64,000 nt of DNA, from assembly GCA_003543245.1 (NCBI GenBank), contig DPJB01000007.1, forward strand, positions 6,011 through 70,010, read 5' to 3'. This DNA comes from Moraxellaceae bacterium (GTDB lineage: Bacteria > Pseudomonadota > Gammaproteobacteria > Pseudomonadales > Moraxellaceae). Shown here in pieces: positions 27,155 through 36,200 of the stretch. The notes under the pieces were generated by a model, which saw only the letters and a program-made list of their open reading frames with translations, made no database searches and was not told the DNA's origin. The position numbers and the translations under genes were made by a program. Numbering within the stretch: the stretch's first letter is position 1; every line of letters starts with the position of its first letter.

Positions 27155-30100
27155 ATGACCAGATTTGTCAGGACATTATTGCGTTCGGCCTGCTTGCCAG
27201 AACTGCTGCGCCTTGTGTGCGCGGCAGTTCTGGCAAGCGGGCTGCTGCCGTTTGTGGCGGGCGCAGCAGAAGTCCTGAATACGGCAACCGCATCGTTCAC
27301 GAATGCCGGGGGGCTTCCCGTTACCCTGACATCCAACACGACGACGTTGCTGACCGTTCCACCACCATCACCATCCACGGTGACTTTTTATCAATATGCT
27401 CCCGGCGTGACGGGGAGTGTGGCGATCCCGTTTGATGGGGGCGAGTTTGACGACACCGGCAGTGGTGGGTTTCAGCCGCTGCCCGCTCCTGTTGATCTGA
27501 GTGGCAATGTCATCAGTCTTGCTGCTCCCGTTGATGTCCGGCAGACCACGGTTTTTCATGCGGATGAGCCGGTTTTCATTACGCTGACGGATGCCAATCG
27601 CAATACCGATCCCGTTATTCGCGAAATCATTGAGGTTCGCCTGACCAGCAGCACGGGTGATAGCGAAATTCTGCGCTTGCAGGAAACCGGGCCGAATACA
27701 GGCGTGTTTGCGGCCGTCATACAGACGGTGTCGCCTGCACAGCCGGTGACTTCGATGGATGGTCGCCTGTCTGTTGCCATCAACAGTACGCTGACGGTTG
27801 ATTATCAGGATATTTTCTACCCGCCAGACACATCCCTCACCGATGCCCTGGTGGACCCGTTCGGTATCGTCTTTGATTCCGTCACCGGCCTGCCGGTTGA
27901 TGGTGCCTCGGTCACCATCATCAATACCGTCACCGGCCTGCCTGCCCAGGTGTTTGGTGATGACGGCGTCAGTACATACCCTGCCACGGTGGTGACGGGC
28001 GGAACCGTCACGGACAGCAGTGGCTTTGTTTACAATCTGCCAACAGGCGGTTTCCGCTTTCCGTTTGTGCGCCCGGGCAGTTACCGTTTTGTGGTGACGC
28101 CGCCGGGCGGCTACGTTGCCCCCTCTACGGTTGCGCCAGGCAGTTTGCCGGACGGGCCGTCAGGTCCTTACGCCATTGCAGCCGGCTCATACAGCGATGT
28201 GTTTGTTGTGGTGCCTGGGCCTGCCCTGAATATTGATATTCCGATTGATCCCATGGCGCCAGGTCTGGTCATGCAGAAGTCGGTGTCGAAAACCGAAGCG
28301 TCGGCAGGTGACTTCCTGCAGTACCGCCTGAGCGTGCAGAACACGGATGCCGCCCTGACGGCCACAGCAGTGACCGTGACGGACCGCTTGCCTTTCGGCA
28401 TGAAGTACCAGTCCGGCTCACTCATCATCAATGGCGTAAAGCAGCCTGATCCGGTGGTTGCAGCCGACAGCCGTACACTCAGCATTGCACTGGGAAATCA
28501 GGCGCCATCAAGTACGACGCAGATCAGTTATGTCGTCATGCTGGGTGCCGGTATCGCCATCGGTGATGCAGTTAATTCTGCGCAGGCGTCCGGCAATGCA
28601 GGCGGCATGGTCTCGAACGTGGCGCGGGTGGCGGTGCGTATCAAGGCCCCGCTGTTCAGTGGTGACTTCACAATTATCGGCCGTGTGTACGACGGCGACT
28701 GCACCACGCCCTGGGACCAGTTGCGTGGTGTGGCCAATGCCCGTGTCATGCTGGAAGATGGCACGTATGTAGTGACGGACGCCGATGGCCAGTACCACTT
28801 TGAAGGTGTACGCCCCGGTACCCATGTGGTGCAGCTGGATGCGGAAACCTTGCCGGGTGGTCTGGAGCCGGTTTCCTGCATCGACAATACCCGTTTTGCC
28901 GGTCGGAACTTCTCGCAGTTTGTTGATGTCAACGGCGGTGGTTTGTGGCGTGCAGATTTCCATACGCGTGTGCGCACAGCTGATGTAGGCATTCGCATGC
29001 AAAGCCGTCTGGATGTCGTGCCTGCAGGCTCATCGCAGACGGGCGCGGTGGTGCAGGGGCTGACGCATCGCATTGATGTGATTGGTGCACTGGCAGTCGA
29101 TAATCTGAGCGTCATGGCGATGCTGGCGCAGGGTACCGTGTATGTGCCCGGCTCCGCACGACTGGATGGCAAGCCGCTGGCTGATCCGGTTTTGTCAGGG
29201 GATGTGGCCAGCTTCACGCTGGGCAAGGCTGATCAGGGCAACTGGGCACATGTGATCGAGTTTTCCTCACGGCCCGTGGTGAAGTATCAGGACCCCGTCT
29301 TCAACAGATACACACTGCATGCAGAGTTTGACAGTTGTAGTGCCGAGTTATCACCTGCTGTGCAGGCTGAACTGAAACGGTTGGTGACAAAGCTGCAGGA
29401 TCAGGACATTGATGCCATTGCCCTGACAGGTCATACCGATAACCGTGCCTTGACGGCTCGCTGCAAGAGGACGTTTGCGGACAATTACGAGTTGTCTCGT
29501 GCCCGCTCCGGTGCAGTGGCGATTGTGCTAGCCAGAGAGCTGGGGCTGAAGCCCTCGCAGGTGGCGGTAACAGGGCGCGGGGCGGATGCACCCTTAACAG
29601 GTAACGACACGGCCAAGGGCATGGCCCGGAATCGCCGGACGGACGTTATCGTGGGACATCGCCAGCGCAATCAGGCACCGGTGGTATTACCGACACAGTG
29701 CGAGTCACCTTATCTCGCCAAGGCAGTAGCACGATTTGAAGCGATACCCGGAAAGTCGGCCCAGACGCCTGCGGCCGAAATTCGTCTGAGCTGTCCGATG
29801 ATGGCGGCACCTGTTGCGCCTGCTGCAGCGCAGTCAGAAGTGCCTGCTAGTGCTCCTGCTGTAACCACTGTGGTCAGCACCACGGCAGAAAGCGGGTATG
29901 CCAAGGTGGCCGTCAATGGGGCTGCCCGGCCGACGTTGCCGGCGGATATGCAGGCTCGTCAGAAAGAGCGTCTTGCTACTCTGGATGACGTATCTGCCAG
30001 TGGTGCCAGCAATGACTGGTTCAGCGTCAAGGCATCGGGGCCGGTGTGGCTGTTCCCGGCCGAAGATCACAACCCCCGTTCTCCGGCAGTGCGTATTGCC

Positions 30101-33100
30101 ATCCGGCATGCCCCGGGCGAGTCCGTGATTCTCCGGGGGCCGGATGGTCTGGTGGTCAGTGCGCTGAATTTTGATGGCGTCCAGAACAGCCCTGATCGCA
30201 AGTCGGCTGTCAGTGTCTGGCGTGGTGTGCCTCTGAAGGAGGGTGCCAATCGTTTCACGGCAGAGATTCTGGCGGCAGATGGAAGTATGGTAACAAGCCT
30301 TGAGCGCGTCATTCATTATGCCAATGCGCCGGTGCGTGCCGAGCTGGTGCCCGAGCAGTCCATCCTGATGGCAGATGGTATTAACCGTCCGGTACTGGCC
30401 ATCCGTTTGCTGGATCGTGATGGCAAGCCGGTGCGTGCCGGGGTCACCGGTCCGCTGGACATCAGTGCTCCCTATGTTTCATGGGAGCAGGTACAGCGTG
30501 AGCAGGAACGTCAGCTCGCAGGCATGGAGAGGTTCCAGCCGCATTACCAGATCGAGGGCGACAACGGTATTGCGTATGTCGAACTTGCCCCAACGACAGA
30601 GTCAGGTGCGGCGGTAATTTCCCTCACCTTCCAGACCGGACCGGACACCTCCCGTCGCCAGGAAGTGCGCGTCTGGCTGGAGCCGCGTGCGCGCGACTGG
30701 GTTGTGGTGGGTTTTGCCGAGGGCACGGTCGGTTACAACACGCTCAAGGACAATGTGCAGCCGCTGCTGAACGAGGGTGTGGAAGAAGGTGCATGGAGCG
30801 ACAGCCAGGTCAGCCTGTATGCCAAGGGCCGCGTGCTGGGCAAATGGTTGTTGACCATGGCGTTTGACAGCGACAAGAAGCGCGACAATGAGGGCCTGCT
30901 GTCCACGATCGATCCGAACGAGTACTACACGCTGTACGGTGATGGTGCCGAGCAGCGCTATGACGCGGCCAGTCAGGAAAAGCTGTACCTGAAGATGGAG
31001 CGTGGCCAGTTCTATGCACTGTTTGGTGATTTTGAAACCGGGCTTAGCCAGACCCAGTTGTCGCGTTACAGCCGTACCCTGAATGGTATCAAGGCAGAAA
31101 ACGCCAGTGGTCCTGTGAACTTCATCGTGTTCGCTGCCGAAACGCCACAGAATTTTGCCCGTGATGAAATCCAGGGCGATGGCACCTCCGGACTGTATCG
31201 CCTGTCCAATCGTGGCATTGTCCTGAACGGCGAACAGATCCGCATTGAGACGCGCGATCGCCTGCATAGCCAGAACATCCTGCAAAGCCGCACGCTGATG
31301 CGTCATATTGATTACGACATTGATTACAGTGCCGGTACCCTGTTTTTCCGTCAGCCGGTCAACAGTCGTGACACCAACTTCAATCCTGTGTTCATCGTGG
31401 CCGAATACGAAACGTTCGGTGTGGCGGACGAGTACCTGAATGCCGGTGGCCGTGTGGCAATGAATCTCAACGGCGACAAGGTGACGGTGGGGGTTTCTGC
31501 CCTGCGCGATGAAAACAGTCTGGGTGCCACAGACCTTAATGGCGCCGACCTGAAAGTGAAGCTGGCAGCAGATTCCGAATTGCGGGTTGAAGCGGCGTTC
31601 AGTGAGGGTCAGCAGGGGCAGTTGTCGCCGGATGGTCAGGCCTGGCTGGCCGAGCTGGAACATCACACCGGCAAGATTGATGCGCTGCTGTATGCGCGTC
31701 GTCAGGATAGCGGCTTTGGCGTCAGCCAGCAGAATGCGGCGGAAAGTGGCCAGCAAAAAATCGGTGCGGATGGCCAGGTGCGTCTGGGTGGCAACTGGTC
31801 GGTGCTGGGCCAGGTCTACAATCAGGAAAACCTGAACACGTCGGATACCCGGGATGCCGTACTGGGTAAATTGCAGTACCAGACGGATCGCGGTGCTGTG
31901 GGTGTGGGCGCGCAGGTCGTCAATGATGCTGCTGGCAGTGGCACACTGGCAGGACAGGACTTCCGCTCCGAGCAGGCCACCGTCTCTGCCAATCGTTTCT
32001 TCATGAACCGCAAGCTGGAGCTGAGCGCTCAGGCCGATACAGCGTTGGGCGGTACCAGTGACAGCGTCGACTTCCCCAATCGTTATGTGTTTGGTGCGGG
32101 GTATGCGCTGACGGATAATGCCCGCCTGCTGATCGGCCAGGAGTTTACGGACGGGGGCTCGTTTGATACCAGTACCACGCGCGCCGGTATTCAGGTGATG
32201 CCGTGGAAGGGCGCCCGTCTGAACAGTACCCTGAACCAGAGCCAGATGAGTGAAAACGGCCCGCGGACATTCGGCCAGTTTGGCCTGACCCAGGCCGTTT
32301 TGCTGACGGACAAGTGGGGGCTGGATTTCAGTGCCGACAGCAGCCATACCTTCAATGATTCCGGCAAGCCGGTACTCGTCATTAATCCGGCGCATCCGGT
32401 GACGCCAGGTGGCACCCTTAACTCCTCCGTGGGGCTTACCGAGGACTTCAATGCTTTCAGTGCCGGAGCCACGTATCGTGAAGCGATCTGGAGCTGGAAT
32501 GGTCGTGCAGAAACACGGAACGGCGAAACCACAGACCGTTACGGGCTGGTGACCAACTTCCTGCGCCAGGCGATGTCTGGCGTGGCCTTTGCATCGACGG
32601 CTGAAATGTTCCGTACCGAAGAAAACTCCGGTGCAGACGGTTTGCTGGCCAGTCTGGACCTGTCATGGGCATGGCGCCCGCTTGGTGTGCAGTGGTCCAT
32701 TCTGGATCGGCTGGAGTTCCGCTACGAAGACATCGAGAGCGGTAGCGGCGTGGCAGGAAGTGGACTGTTCGGTAACAACAGCCTGATTGCCAATAATGCC
32801 AGCACCCGTCGCATCATCAATAATCTGGCGCTTAACCGTGTCTCGCGTGAATGGACGGACAAGGATCGCCAGGGCAACCTGTTCCGCCGTTACGAGCGCA
32901 ACCAGTGGTCGCTCTATTATGGCGCCAAGTATGCGATGGATACATTTGATGGCGAGGAGTATTCCGGCTACACCGATTTGCTCGGTGTGGAGGTGCGGCA
33001 CGATATCAGGAACTGGCTGGATGTCGGCGTGCAGGCCAGCTCGCTCAATGCGTGGAGCGCCGGTAACCATGCCTACTCCGTCGGGCCCATGGTAGGCGTG

Positions 33101-33283
33101 TCGCCGGTGACCAACGGCTGGATCACGCTGGGTTATAACTTCCGCGGCTTTACCGACCGTGATTTTGATGCAGCGCGCTACACAGCAGCGGGCCCGTACC
33201 TGCAACTGCGCTTCAAGTTTGACCAGAACAGCTTCAGCCGACGTGACCAGGACTCGGTTGCGACGGACAAGGTGGCACCATGA
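27155..33283 (+). CDS. 2042-aa secreted multidomain protein: prealbumin/Cna-B-like and DUF11 modules, internal OmpA_C-like peptidoglycan-binding domain, ~1100-aa C-terminal predicted beta-barrel
   Basis: It has a signal peptide. The mature N-terminus is AAEVLNTATASFTNAGGLPVTLTSNT. A CarboxypepD_reg-like module reads GIVFDSVTGLPVDGASVTIIN...GSYRFVVTPPGGY. A DUF11 module reads GDFLQYRLSVQNTD..VTVTDRLPFGMKYQSGS. The OmpA-like domain (nt ~29309-29655) reads LTGHTDNRAL...NYELSRARSGAV...NRRTDVIV. The C-terminus has alternating-pattern strands ending GPYLQLRFKF plus a short tail. Confidence 0.75.
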   Translation: MTRFVRTLLRSACLPELLRLVCAAVLASGLLPFVAGAAEVLNTATASFTNAGGLPVTLTSNTTTLLTVPPPSPSTVTFYQYAPGVTGSVAIPFDGGEFDDTGSGGFQPLPAPVDLSGNVISLAAPVDVRQTTVFHADEPVFITLTDANRNTDPVIREIIEVRLTSSTGDSEILRLQETGPNTGVFAAVIQTVSPAQPVTSMDGRLSVAINSTLTVDYQDIFYPPDTSLTDALVDPFGIVFDSVTGLPVDGASVTIINTVTGLPAQVFGDDGVSTYPATVVTGGTVTDSSGFVYNLPTGGFRFPFVRPGSYRFVVTPPGGYVAPSTVAPGSLPDGPSGPYAIAAGSYSDVFVVVPGPALNIDIPIDPMAPGLVMQKSVSKTEASAGDFLQYRLSVQNTDAALTATAVTVTDRLPFGMKYQSGSLIINGVKQPDPVVAADSRTLSIALGNQAPSSTTQISYVVMLGAGIAIGDAVNSAQASGNAGGMVSNVARVAVRIKAPLFSGDFTIIGRVYDGDCTTPWDQLRGVANARVMLEDGTYVVTDADGQYHFEGVRPGTHVVQLDAETLPGGLEPVSCIDNTRFAGRNFSQFVDVNGGGLWRADFHTRVRTADVGIRMQSRLDVVPAGSSQTGAVVQGLTHRIDVIGALAVDNLSVMAMLAQGTVYVPGSARLDGKPLADPVLSGDVASFTLGKADQGNWAHVIEFSSRPVVKYQDPVFNRYTLHAEFDSCSAELSPAVQAELKRLVTKLQDQDIDAIALTGHTDNRALTARCKRTFADNYELSRARSGAVAIVLARELGLKPSQVAVTGRGADAPLTGNDTAKGMARNRRTDVIVGHRQRNQAPVVLPTQCESPYLAKAVARFEAIPGKSAQTPAAEIRLSCPMMAAPVAPAAAQSEVPASAPAVTTVVSTTAESGYAKVAVNGAARPTLPADMQARQKERLATLDDVSASGASNDWFSVKASGPVWLFPAEDHNPRSPAVRIAIRHAPGESVILRGPDGLVVSALNFDGVQNSPDRKSAVSVWRGVPLKEGANRFTAEILAADGSMVTSLERVIHYANAPVRAELVPEQSILMADGINRPVLAIRLLDRDGKPVRAGVTGPLDISAPYVSWEQVQREQERQLAGMERFQPHYQIEGDNGIAYVELAPTTESGAAVISLTFQTGPDTSRRQEVRVWLEPRARDWVVVGFAEGTVGYNTLKDNVQPLLNEGVEEGAWSDSQVSLYAKGRVLGKWLLTMAFDSDKKRDNEGLLSTIDPNEYYTLYGDGAEQRYDAASQEKLYLKMERGQFYALFGDFETGLSQTQLSRYSRTLNGIKAENASGPVNFIVFAAETPQNFARDEIQGDGTSGLYRLSNRGIVLNGEQIRIETRDRLHSQNILQSRTLMRHIDYDIDYSAGTLFFRQPVNSRDTNFNPVFIVAEYETFGVADEYLNAGGRVAMNLNGDKVTVGVSALRDENSLGATDLNGADLKVKLAADSELRVEAAFSEGQQGQLSPDGQAWLAELEHHTGKIDALLYARRQDSGFGVSQQNAAESGQQKIGADGQVRLGGNWSVLGQVYNQENLNTSDTRDAVLGKLQYQTDRGAVGVGAQVVNDAAGSGTLAGQDFRSEQATVSANRFFMNRKLELSAQADTALGGTSDSVDFPNRYVFGAGYALTDNARLLIGQEFTDGGSFDTSTTRAGIQVMPWKGARLNSTLNQSQMSENGPRTFGQFGLTQAVLLTDKWGLDFSADSSHTFNDSGKPVLVINPAHPVTPGGTLNSSVGLTEDFNAFSAGATYREAIWSWNGRAETRNGETTDRYGLVTNFLRQAMSGVAFASTAEMFRTEENSGADGLLASLDLSWAWRPLGVQWSILDRLEFRYEDIESGSGVAGSGLFGNNSLIANNASTRRIINNLALNRVSREWTDKDRQGNLFRRYERNQWSLYYGAKYAMDTFDGEEYSGYTDLLGVEVRHDIRNWLDVGVQASSLNAWSAGNHAYSVGPMVGVSPVTNGWITLGYNFRGFTDRDFDAARYTAAGPYLQLRFKFDQNSFSRRDQDSVATDKVAP

Positions 33284-36200
33284 AATGTGATCACACAATG
33301 AACAAGTCATTTGCAGCCAGAGTCATGCCGGGCCTTCTGGTTTGGCTGTGTTCACTGCTGTTTCTGCTGGCGACACCTGCCTGGGCCGCGTTCAGCATTA
33401 CCAAGACATCATCGCCGGTTTTCTATACGGACTCTGCCAAGAATCTTTACTGCAATTACGAGTCCTTCAGGGTCACTAGTACGACCGCAGTGACCGATGC
33501 CTGGACCCGCATCGACACCTTTTCATCGTCTTTGGGGAGTGGCAGTTATGAGGATGGAAAATTTCATTTTGGTTCTTTCTATGCAGGAGAGAGCAAGGCT
33601 GCGTTCTTCTATGTGTGCTCTTCCTTTTCGGGCAGTACGCTGGCGGGACAGGGCTATAGTGTCCGCATCTACGACCGCGATCCTGCGCTGATCGGTGCCA
33701 GCCAGCTGGCATCGCAGTCATTCTCGGTCTCGATTGACAATACGGTGATCCAGGCCAACCCGAATACGGTGAGTGTGATTTTTTCCGGCCCCAATCCCGG
33801 GGTGCTGGGCGGCATCATTACCATGGTGGTGGAGGGTGATACCGGTACCATCGGGTGTGTGAACCCCCCGTCCACTTGCGCTGGCGCGCAGGCAGGCCCC
33901 TTGGCATTCACGGCGGCATCACTGCAGGACTGGCGTGCCGATGCCTATGAAATGATTGGTTCGAATATCGCGCTGACGGGCGGCAATTCCGGTTCCTACG
34001 ATAACCAGCTCTACATTCCGGTACTGTCTGCCTCCAGCACTACCAGCTACAAGGCGACCTATTATTTCCGTGCAGCCAGTACCACGTCGGTCACGACAAC
34101 GCTGTCACCCATCGGCTATATCGCCAGCGGTACCCAGATCAAACACACCAGTACCACCAACGGCGCCTATTCTGGTGCAGGTTTGTTGCCGATTGAACCG
34201 GCGATCAACACGCTCACGGTTTCTGACAAGCTGGTCAGTGATGCTACCCTGCCGGCGCAGGGCGGACGTGTCACCTACACAATCCGTGTGCACAACAGTG
34301 GCTCTGATCCGGCCAATCTCGACAGCATCTATGACACGCTGCCTGCGGGTGTCAGCTATGTCGCAGGATCGTCGTCATTCAGCGGTGTTGCCCTGCCTGA
34401 TCCGGTGGTCTCCGGGTCTGACCGGATATGGTCATCGTCCTTCAGTATCCCGGCCAACGGTACGCGTGATCTTGTCTTCCAGGCGGATATCGCTGCCGCG
34501 CCGGGCACCTACGTCAATCAGGCTTCGGCCCGTCTGGGCAGTACCATCATCGATACCACACTCAGTACCGGCGATTATGTGCCGGCGCTGGCCTCCACCG
34601 TGGTCCTGAGTGCGCCAGTCATTGCCAAGTCATTTACGCCAACGGCACGCGCCGTGAATGGCAGCAGCCAGATGGTGATCACACTGACCAACAACAATGC
34701 GGCACATGCATTGAGCAGTGTGTCGTTCACCGATACCTATCCTGCCGGACTGATCAACATCAATCCGGCCGGTGTAGTGACGAGCTGTGCTGCGGGTACG
34801 CTGACCGTTAGCGCCAGCAGCATTGTACTGACAGGTGCATTCTTGCCTGCAGGCAGCAGTTGTACGGTCACGGCAGACACCACTTCCGCAAGCCCTGCGA
34901 TCTACACCAATACCACGGGCACGGTGACGTCGAGTAATGGTGGTACGGGCAACAGTGCGGCTGCCGGCGTCACGTTCACAACACTGCCCACCATCAGCAA
35001 ATCATTTGCTGCGGCCACGATTCCCGTGGGCGGCGTGACCACACTGAATTTCGTGATTACCAATAATGGTTCTGTCGGCATTACGTCGCTGGCATTCACG
35101 GACCTGTTCCCGTCGGGGCTGGTACTGGCATCGCCAACTGCGCTGACGCCTGTGGCGGCGTGTGGCGGTACAGTTGAGTCATGGGATGGTACGACGACAT
35201 CAGCGCTGGCAGCCGGGGCCCCCGGTTTGCGCCTGACCGGTGGTGTGCTGGCAACGGCAGGGGGCAGCTGCACTTTCAGTGTCAATGTCACGGCAGCCGC
35301 AGCGGCAAATTATGACAACACGACCAGTGGCGTGAGCTCATCCCTGGGCACCACCGGACCGGTTAGCAACACCGCCAGCCTGCGCGTACTGGCACCACTG
35401 GTGCCAGCCAAGTCTTTCAGTCCTTCCACCATTGGAAGGGGACAGAGCTCGCGGTTGATCGTTACGTTGACCAATCCCAACCCTGTGGCCATCACGGGAG
35501 CGGCTTTCACCGATACCTATCCTGCAAACCTGTTGAATGCTGCAACACCGAGCCCCGGTGGCTCTTGCGGAGGGATTGTTACTGCAGTGGCTGGTGGCGG
35601 TTCACTGGCGTTGTCTGGCGGCACAATTCCTGCCAGCGGCAGTTGTACTGTCGAGACAAATGTCACGTCGGATGTCGTGAATGTCAGCGGCTACGTCAAC
35701 ACCATTGCCGCAGGTGCAGTGAGCTCCGCTGATGCAGGTAGCAGCACGGTGCCCGCGTCGGCAACCCTCATTGTCAATGCGACACCAACTCTTACCAAGA
35801 GCTTCAGCTTTGATGTCGCAGCGGCTACTACCACCATGACGCTGACGATTACCAATAATCACACAGCAGGAATCAGTGGCCTGTCCTTCACGGATGTTTT
35901 CCCGTCCGGCATGCTGGTCGACAGTCCGCTGACAGGCACAACCAGTTGTGGTGGAACACTTGAGGGCTGGAATGGCAGCACTGCATCGGCGCTGGCCGCG
36001 AATGCGCAAGGGATACGTCTGACCGGAGGAGCCATTGCGGGAGCCTATCCGGCCAGCTGCAGTATCACCTTGCGTATTCGTGTCACCAGCGGTGGGGTTT
36101 ACCTGAACCAGACCAGCGGTGTCGCCATGACGGCGCCGTTCTCGGGAACCGGATCGGTCAGCAATATCGCAACCTTGATTGCACCCATCGTGATCAAGAC

